From assembly GCA_965223295.1 (NCBI GenBank), contig CBDCWC010000003.1:512001-576000 (forward strand): a stretch of 64,000 nucleotides of DNA, read 5' to 3'. Of this stretch, positions 1 to 10,202 are shown piece after piece (position 1 is the first letter of the stretch; every line of letters begins with the position of its first letter). Below the pieces are notes generated by a model. That model did no database searches. It saw nothing but the letters and a program-made list of their open reading frames with translations, and was not told the DNA's origin. The position numbers and the translations under genes were made by a program. The DNA comes from Nitrospirales bacterium. Lineage in GTDB: Bacteria; Nitrospirota; Nitrospiria; Nitrospirales; UBA8639.

Positions 1-2112
1 TAAAATCGGAGAGGACGCTTCTAAGAGGGCTTGATCCAAGACCCCGGTCTGTCCAGCAGAAGCGGTGGATGCAACCACAACTCCCGTTTCAACCTCGGCA
101 GTACTATCGATTATCTCCATGATCGGAGGAGTATCTGGACGGACAATATTATTGCCATTGGTGCCTTTTCCTATGACCGGGGAATTTTGAGGCCCGGTCA
201 ACTGCGAATCCACAATGGCGAGTAATGATGTGGAAACAGATTGATTTGCAGACGGTTGAATTCGACTACCATCCAAAAGGGCTAAGCCTCTGTCTTCTAA
301 GCGGACAATCGCTGGATCTCCAGGACTTCCTGTGAAGGATAAGGCCGAACTCTCTACGGTTGTTCCGACAACGGACCCTGTCCCTGAAAATGCGCTTGCC
401 GTGGATTGTTGTCGAGCTAAGGATACAGCCGTGTTTACCAATACAACTCCAGTATTTAGCCCAACCTCTCGAGTTGCGCCAGGGAGTCCTAGTGCAGGGT
501 CAATTGTGGAAGAACTTCTTGCCTGAATACTGCCATCAATCCCAGCATCGCTCTCTGGATTTCCAAAGGTTCCTTGATCCCCTACAGCCAAAATAATTTC
601 AAAACAGTCTAAGAGAGATGAGCATGATTCGACTGCACCACCCTCAGGGACAATATCATCCAAATTAGCATTGGGACTAATGGATGTCGATCGGGCAAAT
701 TGAGCAATCTGGCGAGCTTGACTTTCCCGGTCCAGCCCTTCAACCCCAAGCTGAATGGCCGGAGATGCAGGTTGATTAAAACTTGTGAATTGAAGTGGGA
801 GTTTTTGATTAGAAGGAGCGGCTCCTCCAGTCGGGGATAGCGAACTCACGACCAAGCTACTCGTCGGTGGGATTCCCTGATGCGGGGCATCCGCTCTGAT
901 TCCACTATCAACCATCACTAATTCCTTGTTCGCCACAAAATTGCTGTCGAGAAATAACAACGAACCAATTCCGCCACTAACACCTAGTGGTGGCACTAAA
1001 GTTGCGAGACTTTGCACATTTGAACTCGGGCTAGGACTGCCCCCCGACCCACTTCCCCCCGGTCCTCCTAAAGGTGGCATACCTCCACCAACATTGGGTC
1101 CTGGACTGACTCCATCGAAGCCCGCACAAAATTCTGGAGTCCCAGTACACGGCAAAATGCCAGGATCAGGAGAAAGTCCTCCAGGTGCATTGGCCCCTTG
1201 AATCGCTCCAGCTAAGGAAAGACCCGTTGTCGCTAAAATAATATCTTCATCCACTTCACCTTTATCAGCTTCCGAACCGAGCAAGGCTTCTTCCAATGCT
1301 AATGCCTGCTTCATCTGTTTTTTGGCAATCTGTTTTTTGGCCGACTCGGGAATTTCACAATGTTGACCCACCGCACAGATTGCACGCCAATCAGCTATCT
1401 GAGACTGATCACCCATCGCCCGCAATGCTCCATTAAAAAACCCAACACATTGCCCGGCAGGAACCTCTTTCTGCTCCAAAATTCCATTTTGTGCCCCGGG
1501 ATACTCGACCTGCAAAGAACCCTCTCTAACACAAAATGTCTCCAAGAGAGCCACATTTTCAACTGAAGATGATTGCGCCAGGAGACTAGTGCGAACCACA
1601 AAAGATTTATGTGGCTGGGAGGGCTTTGCTGACTCTCCTAAGGTTGGCTGTACTTCCGCAGTAACCAACCCACCCTGAGTTATGGCACGAACATTGGGAG
1701 TAGAAAGCGTAAGTGGAGTACTGGATGTTCCTTTTAGTGGTTGAGACCATTCTGCTGCTCCTACATTTAACATCACAGAAAGCCCGTCTTCAGTCTGTTG
1801 CCTTAAAACAGCCTCAGAATATTCCTGCAAGGTGATAATGCCTTGGTTTCCCAATAGCAGCTCAGCAACTGATTCTTCTTCCGTGGCAATCACATCGCCA
1901 CCCTCAAGAAGCGACCGGTATTTCGGTGCATACCCGGGCCTATTATTGGTTCCTGGAGTTACAGTTACCACGCCCCGTAACCCAGCAATAATAGTTTGGG
2001 TATCTAACGCCTCTTGAGCAAGAGCTTCGAATGTTGGAAGAGCTGCTATCCATGACGGTCCAATAATTTGAAGGGCAACCAAGAACGATAGAAGAATTTT
2101 GTAGCGAATCAT
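1..2112 (-). CDS. Large exported protein with N-terminal FecR-like domain and long Gly/Pro/Ser-rich region (3' end outside window, >704 aa)
   Basis: Not in the ORF track. Manual minus-strand translation from ATG at 2112 (MIRYKILLSFLVALQIIGPSWIAALPTFEALAQ...) stays open to position 1. Signal-peptide-like start, then FecR-like motifs LLEGGDVIATEEESVAELLL and LSTPNVRAITQG. Confidence 0.8.
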   Translation of the reverse strand, partial: MIRYKILLSFLVALQIIGPSWIAALPTFEALAQEALDTQTIIAGLRGVVTVTPGTNNRPGYAPKYRSLLEGGDVIATEEESVAELLLGNQGIITLQEYSEAVLRQQTEDGLSVMLNVGAAEWSQPLKGTSSTPLTLSTPNVRAITQGGLVTAEVQPTLGESAKPSQPHKSFVVRTSLLAQSSSVENVALLETFCVREGSLQVEYPGAQNGILEQKEVPAGQCVGFFNGALRAMGDQSQIADWRAICAVGQHCEIPESAKKQIAKKQMKQALALEEALLGSEADKGEVDEDIILATTGLSLAGAIQGANAPGGLSPDPGILPCTGTPEFCAGFDGVSPGPNVGGGMPPLGGPGGSGSGGSPSPSSNVQSLATLVPPLGVSGGIGSLLFLDSNFVANKELVMVDSGIRADAPHQGIPPTSSLVVSSLSPTGGAAPSNQKLPLQFTSFNQPASPAIQLGVEGLDRESQARQIAQFARSTSISPNANLDDIVPEGGAVESCSSLLDCFEIILAVGDQGTFGNPESDAGIDGSIQARSSSTIDPALGLPGATREVGLNTGVVLVNTAVSLARQQSTASAFSGTGSVVGTTVESSALSFTGSPGDPAIVRLEDRGLALLDGSRIQPSANQSVSTSLLAIVDSQLTGPQNSPVIGKGTNGNNIVRPDTPPIMEIIDSTAEVETGVVVASTASAGQTGVLDQALLEASSPIL

Positions 2113-2517
2113 AGAGTTTCCTGGGGTTCTTGTATTCATAGGATTTTTTAAACCTTTTGAGGGTGAGGCAAAAAAGTGTCCGTCCTTCTGTGAAAAATAC
2201 ATTAAATACGCTTAAGGGTTTCTATCAAATTCATCAACTTCATGTCCATTACACGAAAGAGGGGACTGTATTATGAGTTCCTCTTCTTTCCTCGCACGTT
2301 CCACCCATTTGCTGGATCACCCAATATGAACTGTTTGATTTTACATCATTACACTTAGGTTTTTCATCTACTCCTTTACAAAAAACCTGTTGGAAATTTT
2401 GAGAATACATTTCTCTGTTCGATGAAATTTTTCGATTAATCGAGGCACGATTCAATTCTTCTCCCCGTACCACCGACATAACTAAACATATTTATTTTTT
2501 AAATTTTCTTATATCTC

Positions 2518-2889
2518 GTGATGGACAAAATAAAGAAAACATGCCCTGCAATCTTGAAAGGGCTTTTCATTCTAGGCGGGATTTGGCTCTGCGGACTGAA
2601 CCTTACTGGTTGCACTCAGCAAGGCCGGTATATGGAAACCCATGAGATTTCCAATCTAAAAGTCGTCTTTTTAGATACGGCCAGTTTGCAGGATTTGTGG
2701 GAATCCAAGACGGGAGAACCTGGCACTCAATTTCAGCCCTGGCTTCGCGGAGATTTAGCCTCAGTCAAAACGGTTCGAGGATTTTACGATTTTTCGACCG
2801 AAACCTTATATTGCCCAAAATGGAATTATGAGGTGTGTGGACACGAACTCCATCACGCGGCTTTAGGCCATTTTCATTCCAACAAATAA
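2518..2889 (+). CDS. Small lipoprotein with C-terminal HExxH motif
   Basis: Hydrophobic leader with lipobox LTGC; ends CPKWNYEVCGHELHHAALGHFH. Confidence 0.7.
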   Translation: MMDKIKKTCPAILKGLFILGGIWLCGLNLTGCTQQGRYMETHEISNLKVVFLDTASLQDLWESKTGEPGTQFQPWLRGDLASVKTVRGFYDFSTETLYCPKWNYEVCGHELHHAALGHFHSNK

Positions 2890-2932
2890 CCTCATCAATA
2901 ATAACCCTGTCCGGGACCTTACTTTTTTTCGA

Positions 2933-3493
2933 TTACTCCTCAGCTGCCGACTGAGATGCCTCGATCAAAAAGGGCGCCAACTCCTTATACCTTCCTCGTA
3001 GGATCCCCGTATCGTGATCCCACGCCTCGAGAAAGATCGCAAATCGCGCTTTGTCGTAAGTCCCTGGCATCCAAGCCATCGCAAAGAGATTTCCCTCATC
3101 CGCCCAGTACAACTGCATGACCGAAAGTTGCTTAGCCAAGGAATTGGTCACTTGATAGCGAGATTCTTCATCCGGTTGCGGTGGTTTTCCAGGAAATCCC
3201 GTTTGCACCCGGATCCCTCCATACGCATAGGTCAAAAATAAGTGGATCTTGGAAGAATGCTTCGCCCGTATCCCGGCTTCAACCAGATCACATTCGTAAC
3301 CAGAGAATTCTAAATGCTCGATAAGAGGGTCTTTCTTTGGAAACGAGGGTTCGGAGGATTCGGCCTGGACTCCAGAACAGCCAAAAAAGAACAGAACACT
3401 GCACACTAACACCGCGATGTTCTTAGCTTGTTTTCGACCGTCGCGAGATACATGAAGGTTCCATCTATTTGGCACAATCACCGAATTCCTCAT
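2933..3493 (-). CDS. Hypothetical lipoprotein, possibly YbjN-like fold
   Basis: ATG at 3493 after GAGGGTG; lipobox FFGC; mixed alpha/beta mature region. The fold call is weak. Confidence 0.6.
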   Translation of the reverse strand: MRNSVIVPNRWNLHVSRDGRKQAKNIAVLVCSVLFFFGCSGVQAESSEPSFPKKDPLIEHLEFSGYECDLVEAGIRAKHSSKIHLFLTYAYGGIRVQTGFPGKPPQPDEESRYQVTNSLAKQLSVMQLYWADEGNLFAMAWMPGTYDKARFAIFLEAWDHDTGILRGRYKELAPFLIEASQSAAEE

Positions 3494-3770
3494 CAAAGCA
3501 CCCTCATAGAAAAACTCACGGCAAGGTATTTTTTGGCGGTTTTCATGTCCTCTCTACCTCTATCCACAACCCAAAAAGCCTCTTGACAACCTGTCAAACT
3601 TCCATTCCAAAATTGACAAATCTCCCCGAATCCTTGTAAACCCTTGTTCTCATTGTAAACATCGGTCTAAGCTATGTAAATTTTTCGCTTTCAGGACATT
3701 CGTCACCCGATGAGCGCCTAACATCATCATGCAACAATAACCTTCTACATTTTTCTTCTCAAACAGGAAA

Positions 3771-5444
3771 TTGGTTATGCACAATTCTCGCCTTCAACAG
3801 TTATTTTGTTTCCTCTTCACTTTTCTCGTTTTAAGCCCGGTCAGCGTAGGAACCCCCACGGCATGGGCACAACGGGCAGACGCTAACGTTTTAGCCGCCA
3901 ATGCCGCCATTGCTTATGACGATAAACAATACGATAAAGCCTTAGCGCTCCTTGACCAGGCCATTGCCCTTGACCCCCAACATGAACGCAGTCTGTTCTA
4001 CAAAGGGTTAGTGCATCTTGCACAAAAAGACCCACAAAAGGCGATTGTCTCATTGGAAACCGCGCATCAAATTCGCCCAGACGATCTGGACATTCAACAT
4101 CATCTGGGCGTGGCCTATTTTGCGGCAGGAGAATATGACAAAGCCCAGCCATTTCTTGAGACCACTTACCAACACGATCCTTCTTCCGACAACATCGGAT
4201 ATTACGTGGGATTTCTCCGATATCGAGATAAGAAATATGGGGAGTCCGTCGAGGCTTTTGATAGTAATCAGTCATCTGATCCCGACATCCGGCAATTAAG
4301 CGCTTTTTATCGAGGCTTAGCCCTCGGAGTTTTAGGACTTCCCGGTGAAGCATTAACAGAACTCGAACAGGTCCAGCGCACTCAAGCCATATCTCCACTC
4401 ACCCAATCGTCTATCCGTATTCGTGAAGCTCTGTCAGCGGGTCAAATTTTTGGTACAGAAAAACGATTTCGGTTCCAAGTCAGCGCAGGCATCTTCTATG
4501 ACGATAATGTCCCGATCAACCCAGACCGGGTGAACACGATTCCTGTCCTGAATCCTCCTAATGATCCCAACGTTGTCATCGATAATCTTCGCCGTCGAAA
4601 AGACTCCACGCTAGGATTCTTGGCTTCCGCACGCGCTGACTATTCAGTCTTCAGACAAGGCCCCTATGAGGCCACGGCCACCTATTCGTTTTTTCAAACG
4701 GTCAACGGCAGCGGACTAGATGCATTTAATGTGCAGAACCACCTCGTCGGAGCCGCGGGATTTTATCGAGGTGTTGCTCTCGATTTCCCGTATCAATTAG
4801 GGCTACAGTATACCTATGACTATGTCTTTCTAGACGGAGACGGCTTTCTCTCCCGTCATACTCCCACTCTCAGTGCAACGGTACTGGGACCAACGGCGAC
4901 CATGCCTGGCCTTGGTGTTGTAGGAAATTTAACCACATTCTTGTATCGCTACCAGAAACAGACGTTTTTCCGCGAAGCAGGGAATACAGACGAACGATTC
5001 AAAGGTGATCTTCGCGATGGATACAACAATATGTTGGGCGTGATTCATGCCTTTCGTCTCGCAAATGATAAGCTGCTGCTTCGTCTCGGTTATCAATATG
5101 ACAACCAAGTGACTGACGGTGTGACGTTCGCCTACCGAGGCCACCGTTTGCTAACTGGGGCACAAGTCCAGCTACCCTGGGGCAAAATGTCGCTGCGCTA
5201 TGATTATGATGTTCATTGGCGCAACTATAAGAATAAGCAAACCACCTTATTTTTTACCGACAGGGATGGGAAACTATCCAAACGAGACGACATTCAGCAG
5301 ACTCATCTCGTGCAACTCACGAAACCACTCCCCCATAATTTTTCACTGACCGCGCAGTATCAAGGAATCCGTAGTGAATCAAGCATTCCCCTCTATGATT
5401 ATTCTAAAAATGTATACAGTTTGATTCTCACTTGGACTTACTAG
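3771..5444 (+). CDS. TPR + C-terminal outer-membrane beta-barrel protein (Slam/DUF560-like architecture)
   Basis: Signal peptide (...TAWA), about six TPR-like helical repeats, then amphipathic Tyr-rich strands ending in YSLILTWTY (aromatic C-terminal beta-signal). Confidence 0.8.
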   Translation: MVMHNSRLQQLFCFLFTFLVLSPVSVGTPTAWAQRADANVLAANAAIAYDDKQYDKALALLDQAIALDPQHERSLFYKGLVHLAQKDPQKAIVSLETAHQIRPDDLDIQHHLGVAYFAAGEYDKAQPFLETTYQHDPSSDNIGYYVGFLRYRDKKYGESVEAFDSNQSSDPDIRQLSAFYRGLALGVLGLPGEALTELEQVQRTQAISPLTQSSIRIREALSAGQIFGTEKRFRFQVSAGIFYDDNVPINPDRVNTIPVLNPPNDPNVVIDNLRRRKDSTLGFLASARADYSVFRQGPYEATATYSFFQTVNGSGLDAFNVQNHLVGAAGFYRGVALDFPYQLGLQYTYDYVFLDGDGFLSRHTPTLSATVLGPTATMPGLGVVGNLTTFLYRYQKQTFFREAGNTDERFKGDLRDGYNNMLGVIHAFRLANDKLLLRLGYQYDNQVTDGVTFAYRGHRLLTGAQVQLPWGKMSLRYDYDVHWRNYKNKQTTLFFTDRDGKLSKRDDIQQTHLVQLTKPLPHNFSLTAQYQGIRSESSIPLYDYSKNVYSLILTWTY

Positions 5445-5977
5445 CCCTTCTTCTTGAGTACCCGGTGACCTAAGAGCCAGACGGTCACCGGGATTCCTAT
5501 CCAAACTAACTCGCTGAAAATCACACCTAAGCCCGACGACGAAAAAAATTCTGATACCCCTATGGGAGACACAGCAATGGGTCTCCAGGGGAAAAAATAT
5601 CGTGTGCCATCAAATGGCGCTAAAAAGGCAATGCCCAGCCCTCCATTCGTCAACGCATCCAGCAGACCATGAGAGAGGGTAACAAGGCCGAAAAAGAGAG
5701 CCAGGATGCCATATCGACGGTTTCGCCAGGACAATGCTGGCACCACTATTCTCGGAACGATGATCCCGACGAACATCGCAAAAAAAATGGAATGGGTGAT
5801 CCCTCGATGGCCCAACATGTGTTTGTAAGGAATTCCCAGCACGAATCCAACAACATCAGCATCGGGTAAGACAGAGCACAAGGCCGTCAGCACCCAAAAC
5901 CGAGGAGAATACCATGCAGGGTCCAGGGTTTTGCCCATGGCATACGCCACGGCAATATGTCCAAACGCTGAAGCCAT
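5441..5977 (-). CDS. Inner-membrane metal-dependent hydrolase (YbcI/YdjM-like)
   Basis: Motifs GH, LPDAD, GHRGITHS, SHGLLDALTNGG, RYFFPWRPI. Confidence 0.9.
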   Translation of the reverse strand: MASAFGHIAVAYAMGKTLDPAWYSPRFWVLTALCSVLPDADVVGFVLGIPYKHMLGHRGITHSIFFAMFVGIIVPRIVVPALSWRNRRYGILALFFGLVTLSHGLLDALTNGGLGIAFLAPFDGTRYFFPWRPIAVSPIGVSEFFSSSGLGVIFSELVWIGIPVTVWLLGHRVLKKKG

Positions 5978-6239
5978 CTAAAATAGTCCCTCTGCAATCC
6001 TTCCTGATATCATCAGGGCACCTCTAAAAACTGATGATTTTTTCTGATGGCAAGGAAGCCGCGCGCGGAAAACCCCAGTGTATGGGCCAATACATGAGAA
6101 TTTGAGCACGCCGCTGACGCCACGATCGGGAAAAAGGACAGTTTTTAGAGATGCCCATAAATATTCTGAATGGCATCAACCGATGTAAAAATGGATTTCC
6201 CCAATTAAGCAAAAACTGGAAGACAGCACCCTCACAACC

Positions 6240-8201
6240 ATGCTCTCAAGCATTCGCAACCTTTGCAAACGCAGGCACTCTGGCCAATTCATATCTTCAT
6301 TGCCATCTACAGTAACTAGTGGTTCCCTTTTGCTGGTATTCAGCCTATTCATAGGCTGCTCCCCGATTGCTAAAGATTCTACCGATCAACCAGACTCGCC
6401 CCCGGACTCAACCCATCACGCGAAACAATCCGAAAACCATTCATGGAACCGTACTTCGCAGTATCTCACGATGCGGGATGGCGTCAAGATTGCCGTAGAC
6501 CTCTACTTACCTGGCGGCCTCCAGCCTGGACAACAGATCCCCACCATCATCCATCAAACGCGCTATTGGCGAGCTATCGAATATCGCTGGCTCTTTGGAC
6601 TCTTTAAAGATGTCCGCCCTCGGGGGACAATGGGAAATTACGCCGAGCAATTTTTACGGCACGGCTATGCCTGGGTAGATGTGGATGTGCGTGGATCCGG
6701 AGCCTCGTTCGGCACACGGCCTATCGCCTATTCTCCAGCGGAAATTCGAGATGGCGCCGAAATTGTCGATTGGATTATTGCTCAACCATGGTCAAATCAA
6801 AAAGTTGGAGCCATGGGCATTTCCTACAGCGGCGGAGCAGCAGAGATGCTACTCGTTAACCAACATCCCGCAGTCAAAGCAGTCGCCCCTATGTTCTCTG
6901 GATTCGACTTGTATTCCGAAATCGCCTTTCCAGGCGGCATCCATTTGAAGTGGTTTACCGAAACTTGGACGTATATCAATGACCAGCTCGACCACAACAA
7001 ATTACCTTTTGCCGGATGGATGATCAATCTGATTGTGCAAGGCGTCCACCCGGTTGATGATGACCCTGACCATCAACTACTCACTATGGCCGTGAAAGAA
7101 CATGAAGCAAACTGGAGTCCTTTTCACGAAGCCTCTGGCCTCACTTTTCGAGACGACTCCCCGCCTTCTCGACAAGCTCCGACCATTGATGCATTGAGCC
7201 CCAAAACCTATACAAAAGAAATTGCCCAGTCTGGCGCCGCGATTTATAGCTATAGCGGATGGTTTGATGGAGGGTATAGCTTGGCCGCCATCAAGCGGCA
7301 TCTGCATCACAAGAACCCTAACAATCAACTCATCCTAGGCCCCTGGGACCATGGCGGCAAGCGTCAGATTAGTCCCTACACGATAGGACCAGCAACATTT
7401 GATCACCCTCAAAAACTCATCCAATTTTTCAATCGACATCTTAAAGACAATCATTCTGGCATGCATCGTGACAAACCTATTCAGTATTACACGATGGGAG
7501 CTGAACGATGGACGACCACAACGCAGTGGCCTCCACCATCCATACCCACACATTTCTTTTTCCGTGCGAACAGCAAACTTTCCAGGGTACGACCACCAAA
7601 GGATTCCCTAACTGACCGCTATCATGTCAATCCCACCGCAGGAACCGGCCCACATTCCCGATGGAACACCCTGGTCGGCATTCCTTTGGAAAACCCTTAT
7701 CCGGACCGCCAGAAACAAGACAAAAAGCTGCAGCTCTATACAACCAAGCCGCTTCAAGAAGACTTGGAAGTGACAGGGCATCCTGTGGCTACAGTCTACC
7801 TCTCAGCCAATACCACAGATACCACGCTCTTTGTGTATCTGGAAGATGTCACACCAGACGGACAGGTGCATTATGTCACAGAAGGTGAGCTACGAGCCTT
7901 GCACCGAAATTGGCAGCCTGTCGAAACCAACACAGAACCTCTGCTATCAATTCCAAACCGCACCTATCGACGAGCCGATGCTGCGCCTCTCATTTCGGAC
8001 GAAGTGGCTCCCTTGACCCTGGACCTACTCCCCGTCTCGTACCAATTCAAAAAAGGCCACCGCATCCGTATTGCGTTAGCAGGAGCCGACAACGATCACT
8101 TTCAACAGCTAGATGGTCCACCACCAACCTGGAAAATCCGGCACACCCCCAACCACCCCTCACACGTCACACTGCCTATTGTTCCAATTTCATGCAATTG
8201 A
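6240..8201 (+). CDS. CocE/NonD family serine hydrolase (peptidase S15-like), probable lipoprotein
   Basis: MRDGVKIAVDLYLP, DVRGSGASFG, nucleophile elbow GISYSG, GPWDHG, C-terminal FKKGHRIRIAL; lipobox FIGC. Confidence 0.9.
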   Translation: MLSSIRNLCKRRHSGQFISSLPSTVTSGSLLLVFSLFIGCSPIAKDSTDQPDSPPDSTHHAKQSENHSWNRTSQYLTMRDGVKIAVDLYLPGGLQPGQQIPTIIHQTRYWRAIEYRWLFGLFKDVRPRGTMGNYAEQFLRHGYAWVDVDVRGSGASFGTRPIAYSPAEIRDGAEIVDWIIAQPWSNQKVGAMGISYSGGAAEMLLVNQHPAVKAVAPMFSGFDLYSEIAFPGGIHLKWFTETWTYINDQLDHNKLPFAGWMINLIVQGVHPVDDDPDHQLLTMAVKEHEANWSPFHEASGLTFRDDSPPSRQAPTIDALSPKTYTKEIAQSGAAIYSYSGWFDGGYSLAAIKRHLHHKNPNNQLILGPWDHGGKRQISPYTIGPATFDHPQKLIQFFNRHLKDNHSGMHRDKPIQYYTMGAERWTTTTQWPPPSIPTHFFFRANSKLSRVRPPKDSLTDRYHVNPTAGTGPHSRWNTLVGIPLENPYPDRQKQDKKLQLYTTKPLQEDLEVTGHPVATVYLSANTTDTTLFVYLEDVTPDGQVHYVTEGELRALHRNWQPVETNTEPLLSIPNRTYRRADAAPLISDEVAPLTLDLLPVSYQFKKGHRIRIALAGADNDHFQQLDGPPPTWKIRHTPNHPSHVTLPIVPISCN

Positions 8202-8217
8202 CTTTCCCTTCTGTTTT

Positions 8218-8254
8218 TCCTCTCCCTTTTAAGGAAGAGGATGAAAGTGAGGGT
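8218..8254. repeat. Degenerate REP-like palindrome (CCTCTCCC...GGAAGAGG...GTGAGGG type)
   Basis: tcctctcccttttaaggaagaggatgaaagtgagggt directly after the hydrolase stop codon. Confidence 0.4.
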
Positions 8255-8370
8255 AAAGGCTCTCCAAAAACTGTTCAACTCTTGAATAGCAGCCGTACCT
8301 ATTGAACATATCTTGTGCCAAAACTAGGCGACCAATCTTGCACCCTATTTTCTTGAGGTATAATGTTCCT

Positions 8371-9264
8371 ATGGCATTGAATCAAAAGCCACAAACCTCT
8401 GGCCGCTCTCGCCGAGAAAAGAGACGCAGGCTTCAACCAACCCTCACCATGTTCTGGCGTGTTGGTCGTCGATGCGGGCAGGTGTGCCGGGCGTTTTTGA
8501 AAGCGGTGTGGGCCTCACCTCCTCTCGTTCGTGTAACGATCATCCCTATTCTGCTGTTTCTTCTATGGTTCGGAGTGAACGTGGCGTTTCAGACATACCA
8601 TAAGCCCAGCGAAATGCTCTTTCCCTTGGAACGCTCCTTCACCAAACACCCCACTGAAACGTGGAAAGAATATGAGACGCTCTTCCGCGAGCATGCCACG
8701 GCCATCATCACACCAGAACTGTTGGCCGCGCTGGCGCAAGCTGAAGGTGGAGGAAATCCCGTGGCACGAACCTATTGGCGATGGGAACTCACATGGAATC
8801 CCTTCACGTTGTACCAACCAGCATCAAGCGCAGTCGGCATGTACCAGATTACGGATGGAACGTTTGACGAAGCAGCACAGTATTGCATCCATGATCATCA
8901 AGTGGTTGAGGAAGGGCCGTGGCATGATTTTCAATCTTGTTGGTTCAATAGCCTCTACCTGCGCATCTTGCCAAGCCATGCCATCGAATTGACAGCGGCC
9001 TATCTGCATTCCCGCATCATACAAACGATCGGCCCACAACGGATGGGGACGGTCCCACTCCAACGAAAACAAAACCTGGCAGCCATCATCCATCTCTGCG
9101 GAGCCGGAGCAGGACGAGCTTATGCCGCGCGTGGATTTCGGCTCACCCCGCACCAGCATTGTGGAGACCACAATGCGAGCAAGTATCTAAAACAGATCAA
9201 TCAGTTAAAAGACCGGTTCGCAAATCGGGCAGGCACAACCGAAACGATCCGACAGGCCCACTAA
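8371..9264 (+). CDS. Membrane-anchored lytic transglycosylase (SLT-like)
   Basis: LAALAQAEGGGNP catalytic-Glu motif and SSAVGMYQITDGTF; one TM segment. Start placed at ATG 8371 (track gives 8302). Confidence 0.8.
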   Translation: MALNQKPQTSGRSRREKRRRLQPTLTMFWRVGRRCGQVCRAFLKAVWASPPLVRVTIIPILLFLLWFGVNVAFQTYHKPSEMLFPLERSFTKHPTETWKEYETLFREHATAIITPELLAALAQAEGGGNPVARTYWRWELTWNPFTLYQPASSAVGMYQITDGTFDEAAQYCIHDHQVVEEGPWHDFQSCWFNSLYLRILPSHAIELTAAYLHSRIIQTIGPQRMGTVPLQRKQNLAAIIHLCGAGAGRAYAARGFRLTPHQHCGDHNASKYLKQINQLKDRFANRAGTTETIRQAH

Positions 9265-9335
9265 TCTTTACATTCCTCATGGCTTCAGCCTACCTTTCCA
9301 GCTTTGCAAATTAAGATCTTGAGAATTAGTAGAGA

Positions 9336-9983
9336 CTACGAGAATCGTGGCTTAATTAAGAAGACCCCATCACGAAGAGTGAGGAGCACTGCCGAGACTC
9401 GCGGTTCGGCATGGACAACCCGATTCAATTCTTGAATCGCCGCCGTATTCGTATCGGGTGGAGGCATGGTCAACACATCACCACTCCATAAGACATTATC
9501 GATCAGAATCACCCCTGTTGGAGCGATCAAGTCCAACGCTCGTTGAAAATAGTTCACATAATTGGCCTTATCTGCGTCGATAAAAATGAGATCAAAAGAG
9601 CCCGTTACATCACAGAGAGTCTCCAGCGCTGGACCTAACCGAAGCTGAATTTTTGAGCCATGAGAACTGTCGGCCCAATATTTCTTCGCAAGCGCCGTTG
9701 ATTCAGGATCGATATCACAGGTGACAACCTCGCCGTTATCAGGAAGACTTTCCGCAAAACATAGCGCGCTATAGCCTGTGAACGTCCCAATTTCTAAGAT
9801 GCGCGTTGCTCCAACCGTCATGGCCATGATCTTCAAGAAGGCCCCTTCCAGTGGCCCGACAACCATTTGAGGTACATCCATCGTACGGTTGGTTTCTTCG
9901 CGAAGACGTCGGCACATATCAGACTCCGCAAGCGAATGAGTCTCCGCATAAGCTTCAATATCCGGCAACACCATTGGTTTCAT
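9336..9983 (-). CDS. Class I SAM-dependent O-methyltransferase (caffeoyl-CoA OMT-like)
   Basis: ILEIGTFTGYS, FDLIFIDADK, IDNVLWSG; GAAAGGAG RBS before ATG 9983. Confidence 0.92.
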   Translation of the reverse strand: MKPMVLPDIEAYAETHSLAESDMCRRLREETNRTMDVPQMVVGPLEGAFLKIMAMTVGATRILEIGTFTGYSALCFAESLPDNGEVVTCDIDPESTALAKKYWADSSHGSKIQLRLGPALETLCDVTGSFDLIFIDADKANYVNYFQRALDLIAPTGVILIDNVLWSGDVLTMPPPDTNTAAIQELNRVVHAEPRVSAVLLTLRDGVFLIKPRFS

Positions 9984-10072
9984 GCGTACTCCTTTCAATA
10001 AACTTCTCTCAAGGTTAAAAGAGTCATCTTGCTGGTCACTTCTTTGAAAATCAAGCACCTATCGCTTTATGA

Positions 10073-10110
10073 GGAGTCAGACTCGAATTAAATAATTCGC
10101 GTCTGACCCC
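10073..10110. repeat. REP-like inverted repeat, family GGGGTCAGACTCGAATTA (short copy)
   Basis: ggagtcagactcgaatta-aa-taattcgcgtctgacccc; same arms as 15795-15878. Confidence 0.8.
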
Positions 10111-10202
10111 TTATAGGGTATGCATTGCCAATCTTTGGAGAACTGGGTAGAGTCCTCCACACTTAATCTTGAAACCGATCTCAAACTCAAAGGAAATATC
10201 CC

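Noticed and set aside
31-2017. Short ORFs in the track (e.g. the Pro-rich 926-1201)
   Set aside because: They are antisense or off-frame shadows of the long minus-strand gene at 1-2112.
5441-5444. Convergent genes sharing a CTAG with overlapping stop codons
   Set aside because: Common compact arrangement with no further signal.
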